This document shows positions 44,517 through 55,214 of a DNA stretch of 64,000 bases, one piece after another. The first letter of the stretch is position 1. Each line of letters opens with the position of its first letter. The position numbers and the translations under genes are program-made. The stretch covers positions 558,001-622,000 of the forward strand of contig JAUPSS010000001.1 in the NCBI GenBank assembly GCA_040285825.1, read 5' to 3'. The stretch comes from Eukaryota sp. TZLM1-RC. Taxonomy: Eukaryota > Protista > Metamonada: BaSk clade. The notes below the pieces were generated by a model. The model saw only the letters and a list, made by a program, of their open reading frames with translations. It did no database searches and was not told the DNA's origin.

Positions 44517-46742
44517 ATGACCAACGCATTGGTTAATGTGCAACCACCCATTAAAGAACTGGCACAGGTTACTCCACTCAGCCACTGTAATAGCTCAAGC
44601 TTTCAGCAATTCCAGCATGTAGACATCCCTGATGGATTGCAAAAAGCAGCAAAAGTAAATGTCCAGAAGCTTATGCTCTCTGATCATTTACTGTTTGCTC
44701 AGCACGATACCGGGCTTCATGTTCACCAGTCAGATTTGCAAAATAAGAAGTCCCCCAGTGCCACAATTTCCGATTTATCTGATGTTGTAACATTCCACGA
44801 TGATTCCTCTGTATCGGTTGAATTTGTAAAGTCTGAACCTCAAAACGAAGTATGGCTTCGTCATTGGCAACGAAACTCTGATACCAAACCTGAATTGAAG
44901 ACAACCACACGCATTAGGGTTTCTGGATCCCCTGATCCTCCTGTATGTGCTGTTTCAGACAGAGAAAATCTCTATATCGTATACAATTTGAGCCAAACGT
45001 CACAATGTCTCATTTTACAGGTCCAACTCCAAGATGCTCTCCAACAAGAACTTGTAGAAATCCAAGGTGGAGTCACACCTCCTGAATTCATTAATTTTGC
45101 TACAAGAGAGGGTTTATTTGCTTGTCAGGCCGCATTGCATAATGGCATACTCGCACTCATGACAACTTCTTCTGTTAATCTTTTCAATCATAGGCTGGAA
45201 GATTATCATGTCCACATGAACATTGCTGGATCATCCATAGGATTCATCAACAACCATTATCTTGGTGTTACCTTATCTCAGAGCCAGCAATTAGTCGTGA
45301 TGCCTTTAGATAACTCCCAGTACTCCTCCATAGAACTCCCAGCATCAGACTATGTTATCCGTAGCAAAGGCAATGGCTACTTTGTGCTCTCAAACTCAAC
45401 CTCTTTCATTCTGGCCAAAATGGATGGTCATATGGAACCAAGATGTGTCTTAATTACCGAAGACAATTGTATCGTATCTAACCCTATCACAGAAGGAGAC
45501 AAGGTTGCTATGGTTGTCTTCCATAAAAGACATGATGTACCACTTAGCCATAGACCGGGACAAAAGCCACCTGCCAAGAATGCTTTTACAAAGTTTACAC
45601 TCCCAACTTCCATCCTCAATGCACCTATTATCCACCAACCTGCTCCTCAATCACAACCTCAAACTCAAACTCAAACTCAAACTCAACCACAACCACAACC
45701 ACAACCACAACCTCAACCTCACACTCAACCACAACCACAACCTCAAACTCAACCACAACCACAATCTCAAACTCAACCACAACCACAACCTCAAACTCAC
45801 ACTCAACCACAACCTCAAACTCACACTCAACCACAACCTCAAACTCAACCACCTGTTGCACCTCCTGCACCCCAAGTAGATCTCTCTGCAATATCTTCAA
45901 TGATGGACGACATGAGAAATGCAATGAGGACTACCATCAAGGAATGTGTTCAGGCTACCGTCACACCTCTCTATGACGAAATACGGTCACTCAAGGCTGA
46001 TCTAACCACTCTGAGTAATGAGAACCTATCTCTAAAGCAAATCCTAAACGGTATCGTTACCTCTGTCAACAATGTAGAGCAACTCCATCAAGTCCTACAT
46101 CAACAACCGCAACTCCCACAAGTTCAACCCCAAGATCAACCAGAACCGCATCAAGGACCACCCAACCAAATTGCTCCTGTTGCTCCTGCCATAGGTTCAA
46201 ACTTGGAAGAAATTGTATCAACACTTCCAGCAATGAATGAAAAGCTTTCTCAGTTGGTAAAGCTGGAACATTCACAATCCCTTTTAAATTCTGCTCTCTA
46301 TTACTCCGTCACTGGAAAACTTGAGCTTGAAAAGAGACTACCTCCACAGGTTGTACATGAAGTATCCTCATTGTTTAAGCAACAGGATTATCTCAGTGCG
46401 ATTAGGATATTGGTTGATTATGAAAATCCAGTAATTGCCATGGATGTCTTGGAATCTATGCTTTCTCAATACAATGTAAAACCCACTTGGGTCCCTAAAG
46501 CTTTCAAAAAGGAAACAGACTTGTTTATTAGGCTTTCAATGGCCATTTGCACAAGATTGGACGCTCAGAACTGCTGTGAGCATTTGGTATCACTTTTGAT
46601 GGCGATTGTTCCATTTATTGTTCAAACCAATGCTGACGATGAGAATAGACAAGATGTTGCTGATGTTTTGGTCAAGATTGAGGCTCTTTGTGATAAGTAT
46701 TCAGAAGATTTGAAATGGCAACCAATTCGTGGTTACCTGTAG
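44517..46742 (+). CDS. Beta-propeller / QP-rich / coiled-coil / helical protein, possibly EDC4 (Ge-1)-like
   Basis: 741-aa ORF. Domain order and the C-terminal L...DY..A....V....P....D pattern recall EDC4; family is tentative. Confidence 0.5.
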   Translation: MTNALVNVQPPIKELAQVTPLSHCNSSSFQQFQHVDIPDGLQKAAKVNVQKLMLSDHLLFAQHDTGLHVHQSDLQNKKSPSATISDLSDVVTFHDDSSVSVEFVKSEPQNEVWLRHWQRNSDTKPELKTTTRIRVSGSPDPPVCAVSDRENLYIVYNLSQTSQCLILQVQLQDALQQELVEIQGGVTPPEFINFATREGLFACQAALHNGILALMTTSSVNLFNHRLEDYHVHMNIAGSSIGFINNHYLGVTLSQSQQLVVMPLDNSQYSSIELPASDYVIRSKGNGYFVLSNSTSFILAKMDGHMEPRCVLITEDNCIVSNPITEGDKVAMVVFHKRHDVPLSHRPGQKPPAKNAFTKFTLPTSILNAPIIHQPAPQSQPQTQTQTQTQPQPQPQPQPQPHTQPQPQPQTQPQPQSQTQPQPQPQTHTQPQPQTHTQPQPQTQPPVAPPAPQVDLSAISSMMDDMRNAMRTTIKECVQATVTPLYDEIRSLKADLTTLSNENLSLKQILNGIVTSVNNVEQLHQVLHQQPQLPQVQPQDQPEPHQGPPNQIAPVAPAIGSNLEEIVSTLPAMNEKLSQLVKLEHSQSLLNSALYYSVTGKLELEKRLPPQVVHEVSSLFKQQDYLSAIRILVDYENPVIAMDVLESMLSQYNVKPTWVPKAFKKETDLFIRLSMAICTRLDAQNCCEHLVSLLMAIVPFIVQTNADDENRQDVADVLVKIEALCDKYSEDLKWQPIRGYL
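45646..45850 (+). repeat. Coding (Q-P/Q-T)n microsatellite-like repeat
   Basis: CAACCA/CAACCT/CAAACT hexamers. Confidence 0.9.
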
Positions 46743-46799
46743 TTGTTTTGTGTTTTGTGTTTATAAATTGTTTGAATATTTGGTTTTTATTATATTATT

Positions 46800-47830
46800 T
46801 ATTTTCTACGAAGAAACACAACAAACTAAAACACATAAGAAACAAAATTCTCCACGCCAACCCTTGATTAATCCTTATATAGCTTGGACATCATTAAATT
46901 TCAGTATTTGGGAACAAATACTTCTGTACAAAGCAAAAATGATACGATTCTTCCATAAATTCCCAACAAAATTCTTACCACTTGAACGACACAAATTATC
47001 AAAATCATTGAGAAAATTCAAGGCAGACTGTCCAATGTCGCCACAAATCGAAAAGGCAAAGGGAACAAACGAAAACTTCGAGTAAATTTTCTTATTTAAA
47101 TTATTTAATAGCTCAATATATTTGACTCTTTTACGATCCTCTGCCTTGTTTAAATGACCATGAGAACTAAGTAGAACATCATCACGATAAATAAAAGCAA
47201 AAGGCTCAACTGTAGTAAAATTAACAACAATTTGAGCGAAATCCACAAAAGGAGCAATTAAATCACCTCGACGTGAATTAAACAGATTATTATCGCTATA
47301 ATGCTTCAACAACTGTTCTACTTTGCAACTAAAATTGTAACACTTAAACATCTCATATGTCACATCACGAACAGCATTATGAAGAACTGTCCGATATTGA
47401 AAGAATTTCTTACAACTAACAATATGACGGAAATTGGCAGTAGGTTTTTCGTTACAAATACAAACAGAATTGTCCAAAAGACCACTTGGATACATCCCTA
47501 ATCTCAACCGCATGTTTTGTTTCCATGCTTCATTTGTTAAGTGAAGACCAAATGGCCTTGGTTGCTGAGATATTAAACTAGTGCAGTTCTGGATTTCTGA
47601 TAAAAAGGCAGCAAAGACGGGATTATTAATCTTAGTCACACTAAGTCGTTTAGAGAAATCCAGGTCTTCAAAACCAATAAGAACAGACTTCTGTAATTTC
47701 ACAACAGCAAGATGAAGGTTGGTGAAAGATCTCGAAGGCACAGCAGGCAAACTTGAAGGAAAACTCCGATTCCAAATATCAACAGGTAGTTCTTGCACCA
47801 TTTTTTCAAGAGAAATTAATAAAGGATGTG
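46800..47830 (-). mobile_element. Non-LTR retrotransposon family E 3' fragment
   Basis: MRLRLGMYPS...CIC...HIVSC, HNAVRD, RRGDLIAPF, AEDRKRVKY, FVPFAFS, LWKNRIIF. Confidence 0.88.
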
Positions 47831-47877
47831 ATTCATTTAAAGGAATATGATCAAAAGGAAGTTTCCATTCAAAAAGA

Positions 47878-47998
47878 AATTTGGTTTTATTGTTTGAACA
47901 TTTGGTTTTATTGTTTGAATAATTGGTTTTATTGTTTGAACATTTGGTTTTATTGTTTGATTATTTGGTTTTATTGTTTGAATATTTGGTTTTATTTT
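47878..47998. repeat. Tandem 21-bp repeat (ATTTGGTTTTATTGTTTGAAC), 5-6 units
   Basis: Direct reading. Confidence 0.85.
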
Positions 47999-48086
47999 GA
48001 AATTAAAGCATTGAGTCTTGAATGACATGAGATGAACAGTAAAAATCAGAAGCTTTTAAATTAATTTAAAATCAAACCCTTGTAGA

Positions 48087-49712
48087 TCAATCAATATCTA
48101 CAACTTTTGTTTTTAATAAAGGACTAGAACCTCGAATCCGATCTCGAACAGATTGCTTATCTTCTTCATCGGATTCAGCTACATCAATCACTTCGTCCAT
48201 CACCACTCCCACTGAATGTTCTTCTTCATAAGCATCGTTCACGTCATCATTGCCATTACACGATTCGATAACTTCGCCAAGTTCGAGTAGAAAACCTTCA
48301 ATATTGGCATCTACTATCAGCAGCAGGAAAGAAGAATCACTATTAAAATCTTCTATGGACAAAACATCACCATTTTTGATTCCAATATCCTTACAACTTT
48401 TTTTATAAAATTCACCTTCATCATCAGTATCATAAAGCAATCTGCCCCCCTTAGCACCAATCATGAATTCTGAGAGTGACATTTCCTTTTTCAAAGCATT
48501 GATTATTAAAATGAATGGAGAAGAAAGATTTAAAAACAGCGAATGAACCGTTTTCCTGCAGACGTGGCATTTGTTATTAGGTAATGAAGGTAAAATAGAG
48601 GAAATTGCATATTTACTACTAGAATCATAATTAAATAAGAAACTTTCTTTCGGAATAGTTTCCAATAAAATTTCTTTACAACTAGCTACTTTGTATGCTT
48701 TATGGGCCAACAAAGCAGCGACTATGCTATTTGCAGTAGCAATTGCAGGGACAATATTACCTGCAATCTCCTGAACTTTGAATTGAGAAAAAGGTGGTAT
48801 CTTGAAAGAATGGCAACGGAGGCAACTACATGACGTGACAAAATCTAAATGATTGGGGTTAGATTTGTCGAATTTAACTGCTTCACTGCTACTTTTTAAC
48901 TTATTGAAACTTTTAAAAAACATTTTCAAAGCAGTTACAATGCTCCAGGCCACACGATTAGAAACACAAACTTCATCACCGACTTCATTATAAACCTTCT
49001 CAATCAAATCATAATCAATCAAATCACCATCAAAATCAACTCTTGCCAGCCTGGCAGACACACGAGGATTGTCGAGAAACAACAACTTTGCAGCTTCAAC
49101 TTCCCCCATCTCAAAACTCAACTTCAAGTCATCCATTGAGCGATCTTCATTCACTCCGACCAATGTTTCAAAAACTGTCTTAGCCCATGCAATAGCGTGT
49201 TCTGCCTTGGTTGGAACCCCTCGTATCGTACAGACGGGAAGTTCTTTGGGAGGAGGTTTTGGGACACAATCAAAGCATTCAGAGACATAGGGAACATGAA
49301 CAGACGATTGGCCCTGAAATCCCCTGGTTCCGGACTCAATTAATGGGGTTTTGGACAGAACACATAGGGAATTGACATGGCGGCGTGCAGTGAGATTGTC
49401 AAGAGCATTGACAACGAGGGAGTAAGTGTTGAGATCAGCTGGTGTTAGAGTGGTTATGTCCTTAAGGAAGCCAGTGATTTTGGAGGTGGGAAAGAGATGG
49501 GAGACAGCTTTAGCAGCAGTTGTGGCTTTAGGTTGACCAATGTCAGCTTGTTTGAAGAGAAACTGTCTGTTTAGGTTCGAGACGTCTATTGTATCAAGGT
49601 CTATGACATCAATGTAGGTAAAACCTGTATAGAGAAGAGCTTTGAGAGCTTCACAGCCTATACCGCCAGCACCAACCAATAGAATAGGGGCTGACAAATA
49701 TGAATTGGTCAT
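48087..49712 (-). CDS. UBA2: SUMO-activating enzyme subunit 2
   Basis: VGAGGIGCE.LK, DLDTIDVSNLNRQFLF, NALDN..ARRHVN, ECFDC, PVCTIR (catalytic Cys), FDK, AGNIVPAIATAN, PN.KCHVC. Confidence 0.93.
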   Translation of the reverse strand: MTNSYLSAPILLVGAGGIGCEALKALLYTGFTYIDVIDLDTIDVSNLNRQFLFKQADIGQPKATTAAKAVSHLFPTSKITGFLKDITTLTPADLNTYSLVVNALDNLTARRHVNSLCVLSKTPLIESGTRGFQGQSSVHVPYVSECFDCVPKPPPKELPVCTIRGVPTKAEHAIAWAKTVFETLVGVNEDRSMDDLKLSFEMGEVEAAKLLFLDNPRVSARLARVDFDGDLIDYDLIEKVYNEVGDEVCVSNRVAWSIVTALKMFFKSFNKLKSSSEAVKFDKSNPNHLDFVTSCSCLRCHSFKIPPFSQFKVQEIAGNIVPAIATANSIVAALLAHKAYKVASCKEILLETIPKESFLFNYDSSSKYAISSILPSLPNNKCHVCRKTVHSLFLNLSSPFILIINALKKEMSLSEFMIGAKGGRLLYDTDDEGEFYKKSCKDIGIKNGDVLSIEDFNSDSSFLLLIVDANIEGFLLELGEVIESCNGNDDVNDAYEEEHSVGVVMDEVIDVAESDEEDKQSVRDRIRGSSPLLKTKVVDID

Positions 49713-49778
49713 TTGCGTAATACGATTATAATTATAAGTACATCAATTATCGTGTGGAATAATTACAAAAACTATCTA

Positions 49779-51745
49779 CTACAGATGCTGAGGTCATTCA
49801 TTACCACTCATTCTGGCCTCACCAATTGCAAACAGATTGAGACAAACCAGCTTGTTTCTATTGAAAAGCTTTGTTGAGCCTTTGTTACTGAGTTTGCAAC
49901 TCTCACTATTACAAGCTAATAAACCATGACATGGAGTAACAGCAGTCTTTTCTCTTCTTTAGAATCTGGTTCTGTTACTCTCAAAAACGTAGCAACCTTT
50001 TCAAAACAAACAAGTCAATTTGCTGAAGTGAAAGCTTCCTTAATCATCAATACTTCCAATTCATTCCTTTTCTGACATTGAGTCCATTCAATGCCTTGAG
50101 TAGGCGTATGATGTTTCAAATTCTTGAAAACTTTTATACCATAATCACCCATTAGTATTAAAGTGTGTCTTGGATTACCAAACTGCTGAACAAGGCTTTT
50201 TAACATCCAACTTTCAATCTTTTGCTTGTGAATAAAAGCTTGCATTTTACGAATGCGTCACATGTCAAGATTGTGAAAGTCAATTGTTAAAAAAACATGC
50301 CGAAGTTTGGCAAGCACAAAGTTGGAAAAATCTATAAAAGTTGCTGAATTGGCAATCCCCCCTCCCTTCTGTATCGAACTTCCTTCCTCTCCATCATGAT
50401 TGTTGAAAACCTCCCTTTTCACGGTCCAGGCCCTCCCATTGCTTTTTCGACAATTATTCCATACTGCTCTACGTTGTCTCCATCTTCTTTGTTGACTCTA
50501 CTGAATGTTTTTCCACTGATAACATCATCCTTTGAAACATCAATTTGGAGACAAATTACTTCCCTTCTCACAAGCATTTTGTTTCTTGTTCAATTTGACT
50601 TGACCATCAGAAAAGCTCATGAAAAGCTTGCTGTCGCCTTTAAACCGCTCTTGGATCTTCTCAGACGGCCGCTTACTAATGGAAGTAGATAGTTTGTGGC
50701 CTGTTTACTGAAGGTTTGGTTAGTTGTTGTTGAGATAGAATTCTCACTCTTCTTATTGGATGTTGTTGCTTGTTCTAACTATCGTATGTGTGATGAAAAG
50801 CTTGCTGTCGCCTTTAAAACGCTCTTGGAGCATCTCAGACGGCCGCTTAGTAATGTCAATCATGTACTGGTTGGTTTTGTTCTGGTTGTTCAGTGTTTTT
50901 TTGCAGTATTGACTACTAGTAGTGGAGTAGTTGGATGAGGAATTTCTGAATTGTCGTAGTATTTAGCTCATTTAATAAAAAAGCATTTGAAAAAAAAAAT
51001 TGGCAGCAAACACAGATAATTCGGTGTTTGCATCTTCGATTGTCATTTTGTTGGACTCTATCATTTGGTTCCTGTCGTAATCTACCTCAGTATACTTTGT
51101 CGCCCATCGTTTTTGCTTTTCATTCTTCCTACTTTTCAAAGACGAGGACATCTGAGTCATTCTCAACCATTTGTACTTCTTGTCTTGATTCATTACCCGA
51201 CTATTTCTTTGCTGTTCAGTTTCATTTTCAGGCACCACGGATAGTTCTTGATCAGTTTTTACTCCCAAAATACAATAAATCACGTTTTCCAGGATCACAA
51301 ACAACATTTTTTTTGTTTTGAAAAGCATCAACATCAACATCATCAGTATATAAATCAGAAATACTAGCCTTGTTGTCTGGTTTACATTTCTGACCTTGTG
51401 AATTCTGACGAACAAATTCTACTGCAATATTAAATCCATCTGTGTGGATAATGTTGTTGAATTTATAGCTCTTCTGTTTAAACATTGTTTGGTTTAAATC
51501 GAGAATATTAGAACAACAGTCAAATTGCTCAGTTGGTTTCAGTTTCGTAATTTGGACAAGTGTATTGGACATTTTCTGTGTCTGAGTAGAAGAGAAATCA
51601 TCAATTAATGTTTGTTTAACAATTCTCCATATTGTTCTTGTATCAATGGGATAATATCCAGGGCCTACAGTGGTTGAAAGAGAAATATGATAAGGTTTTG
51701 ACAACCCTAATTTCAAGACGTTTCATAATGCTCTCCAAAATATAT
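49779..51745 (-). pseudogene. Fanzor (eukaryotic TnpB-like) nuclease, copy 1: 5'-truncated, frameshifted, split by an insertion at 50355-50997
   Basis: In order: P.Y..IDT, F...I.TDG...., RuvC-I VCDPGKRDLLY, R..Q..R, RK...FI.KQK.E, I.MGDY, HH.P..GI, RuvC-II IKEAFTS, CHGLL.C...C zinc finger, FNRNKL...N, terminal (R)P..L. Confidence 0.82.
50355..50997 (+). mobile_element. Polyadenylated retroposed insertion (SINE-like or retrocopy), 643 bp, 8-bp TSD
   Basis: AATTGGCA at 50347-50354 and 50998-51005; ends AATAAAAAAGCATTTG(A)n. Removal joins Fanzor ...TELSVFAAN to SATFIDF... in frame. Confidence 0.85.
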
Positions 51746-51800
51746 ACAAAACAAACAAAAACCCTGAATAAATAAATAAAATCCATATTTATACACGCAG

Positions 51801-54800
51801 TTAAGAGCTATACTTTAAGCCTAAAACAGCAGCAGAATCAATTGAACTCAAGTGTAGTTTACAAGATTGTTTCCTATGTGGAGATAAGTTAAGCATTACT
51901 CTAGTATTGTAATGGCCAATTAGTTCTACATCTAAATAATAATCATTCCCGCTTTTTGAGAGAGATATAGAGTGTTCAACTGGAATAGAATTGTCGGCTC
52001 CATCTCTACAGAGTTGTTGCATGGAACAAGGAGCTGTGTTATCAGTTGGAATAGGACAATTATAGACTACAACGTTGCCGGCTCTGAAACAAACACAAAA
52101 ACCAGAGAAATTACCCCTGCCTTCAAAAGAAACGGCAACATCAATGGTGGAAAAGGGAGCAGAATGGAAAGTTACCCTGAAAGGTGACTTCAATACCTTG
52201 TATGTCGATAGTTCAAAAGAAATTGGTTCATCAGCAGAATCTAAAACCAAATCAGTACTAGCTTGATGAGAGAAAAACGCTTGATGAGAAAGAATATTCT
52301 TGAACTTTCCACATTTTGAACCCTTTTTACAACAAGGAAGAACTCTAGATAACCCTAATCCTGGAGTGAAAAAAGGGAGGATGAATAGTTCGTGGAACCT
52401 TTGGGGAGGTCTTGAAGGTAAGGGCAACTCTGGTTTTAATAAACTAGAAAACTCTGAAAAGTTTGCAACTGTTGAGAAACAAATACTTCTGAAATAAGGC
52501 GAGAAAACCATTAATAAACTTTTCAATGCTTCCATGCTACCTTGAATAGGATTTTTGAGGACTCCACAACCAAGAGGACAAATCACCAAATGAGTAATTC
52601 CGTGTTTAATGGCAGCTAAAAAGACAGAGGTCCATCTCTTGTAGAGTAATTCTAAGTCATCCAATTTAGCAAAATCTTGACCGAATTTAAAGTGTTTTCT
52701 AATTGCTGGATGCTTAGGGGCAGAAGAAGTTACAACAACAATTTCAAAAGGGGAAGGTAATGGTCTTAAGCCATCAACCTCTGTACTCTTGATGACTTCT
52801 ACCCCTTCAGTAACCACAACATCAATGTTGTTAGAACCCCATGGATAAGGGACACTCTGACTGGAAGAATGGATTCTACACCGACAGCTTTCTTCTGCGA
52901 AACCAGCCATCAAGGTAGTCCTTCGGAATAGAGAAGATTCTTGGGAATTGAATCCACTTAAATACTCACCTCCAGGAGAGTCCGGGCTTCCCATACACAA
53001 AACCCCAACTTTTTTGTCGTTCAAGGGCATCCATTGGGTAATGCATTCCAAACAATCCTGTTCTTGGAGGCAAAAAGTGTTGTCATTGAAATCTAATTGT
53101 GGTAACTGAGTTCCAGAGACAGATTGCACTAATTGAGGAAAGCTGTAAGTAGAATTTGTGATTGATTGAACCTCCAAACGTTTTCTATCTCCATCACTAG
53201 TAAAGTACCTTCCTTTTTCAATACAATAGAAGGTGTGTGCTTGGGAGACACAGTTAATGAATAAACAATGTTTTAGGGAAAAGTATCTGCGATCACTATA
53301 TAATGATGATAATTCCAAGTTGAGTGAAGGGTTGTATGACCCATCAACACAACTGAAAGTATCCCTCACCAAATCAACAGAGGCTTCTTCGTCATTAAAC
53401 AGTACTGGAATAGGGGACAGAGGGTTATACTGATGTCTGTACATAATAGTAAGCTTAATTTTCTGTCCGTTTAATCTAATCGAAAAGCTGGACCCTGGGG
53501 ATAGATCACCATAGTTAGAAGTCATGATCAGCAACCTCCGCTCATTTAAAAGATAAAACCTGTGCTTTTTACCAACTCTTGAAACATTAATTGCTTGAAT
53601 AATTGACGAATAGCGAAGATAGGGATGAAGAACAACCTCAAAAACGTGTTCAGGAAACGGATCAGCTTTACCTTTAATAACAGGGTAATTAAGCAAGCTA
53701 CAATCAAAACTACTGGCCAGTCCATTCCTAACGAGTTGTTTAAGAGTGGCAGAATGTTCATTTGAAGTGTAATTAACGAGAAACTCCAAACAAGAGAAAT
53801 TACGATAATCAAACTTACCAGTTTGTTGCACTGAATTAAACATTGATTGTAGAACCGAAGTTACTCTTTCAACGTCATCCTCATCAACAAAGTGTATTGA
53901 GATTGGTTGTTGTTTGGTGACCATCTTTTCCCTGCTATTAGGTGTGATCCTTGGTGAATGTGGCTCAAAGACCTTAGGTTTGGTTGGGTGTTTTGGAATC
54001 TCCTCTTGAGTGCTATTTGGCTTTTCGCTGGAGTGTTTATTTTTCTTCGATTCTGGAGAACAACAGCCATTGTTATTGTTGGTTTGATCAGATATTGGGT
54101 TAATAGCACCTTTGTATTCTCGTCGCATTTTCTCCACTATTTTATAGAAGCCCCGAGTTCGTGCGTCAGGATCACTTTCCATCAGTAATCTGATGTAATC
54201 TTTGGCCTTTGGATCTTGAATTAATTTAGCGTACCGAAGTGAAAGACTTCGTGGTCGAGATGGGTGATAAGGAAGCCTTCCAACCATCATTTCATAAAAT
54301 ATGACACCAAGAGAGAAATAATCCACAGCTGGCCCATATTCCACAATAGGTTGGTCTTCTGATACATCCATAGCTTCAACTATCTCGGGAGCATGATATG
54401 CTGGAGTTGCAAGCGTCCGAAACTGAGCAGCTGTTAAGGTTGTAAAACGTTTGGAAAGGCCAAAATCGCAGAGCACTGCATTGTAATTGTTATCTAGAAG
54501 TACATTCTCTGGTTTAAGGTCTCTATGAGCGATATCATGGTCGTGCATGTACCTGATACCTTCTACGAGCTGGTGAAAAATCCTCCATGCTAAAACGGGG
54601 TCAAGTTTCGTGCCTGGGTTGAGATTAATTCGTTCTGAGACTCCATATATGAGTTTTGTTAGATTTGAGTTATAGAGAGGCATTACAATGCAGTACCAAT
54701 CCTGTGATACATAAGTATCGTGTATGGGACAGATCGACTGGTGGTTAAGTGTCATTGGTTTGACTTCTCGCTCCCATCTGTCCATTTCATGGGGAGGACG

Positions 54801-54938
54801 GTCCACTACCTTTATGGCAAATTGATGGTTATTGCACCCCCTTCGTTTTGCTTGGTATACTTTACCAAACATTCCTTCACCGACTTTGAGAAAACCATAA
54901 TAATCAGCAAGATGTTCAGCAAGTTCTGGAGTATCCAT
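51801..54938 (-). CDS. Ser/Thr kinase fused to a bacterial-type PARG-like macrodomain (DUF2263/TIGR02452) and a PBZ zinc finger
   Basis: Kinase: GEGMFGKV, AIK, HRDLKPEN, DFG, APE. Macrodomain: VGVLCMGS...PGG.YLSG..SQES.L.RRTTL, SAP, LV..PLGCGVL.NP. PBZ: CKKGSKC.......SH...FSH. Confidence 0.85.
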   Translation of the reverse strand: MDTPELAEHLADYYGFLKVGEGMFGKVYQAKRRGCNNHQFAIKVVDRPPHEMDRWEREVKPMTLNHQSICPIHDTYVSQDWYCIVMPLYNSNLTKLIYGVSERINLNPGTKLDPVLAWRIFHQLVEGIRYMHDHDIAHRDLKPENVLLDNNYNAVLCDFGLSKRFTTLTAAQFRTLATPAYHAPEIVEAMDVSEDQPIVEYGPAVDYFSLGVIFYEMMVGRLPYHPSRPRSLSLRYAKLIQDPKAKDYIRLLMESDPDARTRGFYKIVEKMRREYKGAINPISDQTNNNNGCCSPESKKNKHSSEKPNSTQEEIPKHPTKPKVFEPHSPRITPNSREKMVTKQQPISIHFVDEDDVERVTSVLQSMFNSVQQTGKFDYRNFSCLEFLVNYTSNEHSATLKQLVRNGLASSFDCSLLNYPVIKGKADPFPEHVFEVVLHPYLRYSSIIQAINVSRVGKKHRFYLLNERRLLIMTSNYGDLSPGSSFSIRLNGQKIKLTIMYRHQYNPLSPIPVLFNDEEASVDLVRDTFSCVDGSYNPSLNLELSSLYSDRRYFSLKHCLFINCVSQAHTFYCIEKGRYFTSDGDRKRLEVQSITNSTYSFPQLVQSVSGTQLPQLDFNDNTFCLQEQDCLECITQWMPLNDKKVGVLCMGSPDSPGGEYLSGFNSQESSLFRRTTLMAGFAEESCRCRIHSSSQSVPYPWGSNNIDVVVTEGVEVIKSTEVDGLRPLPSPFEIVVVTSSAPKHPAIRKHFKFGQDFAKLDDLELLYKRWTSVFLAAIKHGITHLVICPLGCGVLKNPIQGSMEALKSLLMVFSPYFRSICFSTVANFSEFSSLLKPELPLPSRPPQRFHELFILPFFTPGLGLSRVLPCCKKGSKCGKFKNILSHQAFFSHQASTDLVLDSADEPISFELSTYKVLKSPFRVTFHSAPFSTIDVAVSFEGRGNFSGFCVCFRAGNVVVYNCPIPTDNTAPCSMQQLCRDGADNSIPVEHSISLSKSGNDYYLDVELIGHYNTRVMLNLSPHRKQSCKLHLSSIDSAAVLGLKYSS

Positions 54939-55214
54939 TAGAAAGTGTGTATGTAATGGTGGAAGGACAATCAGTTTGGTCGATCTATTTAATTGATCAA
55001 AATCATTCCTGCACAACATCAATTGTTGCACAAATTTTTCAAACGCGTCCGCGTCTGAGTTCGTCTATTGCCGAACAGACACAGCACAAACGTCTCCAGA
55101 CTTGCTTCATGGTTTGTTATCTCATTAGTTCTTGTAAAACAGTCTTTAATACACAGCGTTATTTATAGTAAATTTGCTCACAAATTTATCCAAAAAGAAA
55201 CACAGTAATAAAAA

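Noticed and set aside
45505-45924. Alternate-frame ORFs (poly-NH, poly-V, poly-LW)
   Set aside because: Shadows of the QP repeat in the 44517-46742 gene.
47753-48028. ORFs with WFYCLNI / QTIKPN repeats
   Set aside because: Translation of a 21-bp tandem repeat in non-coding DNA.
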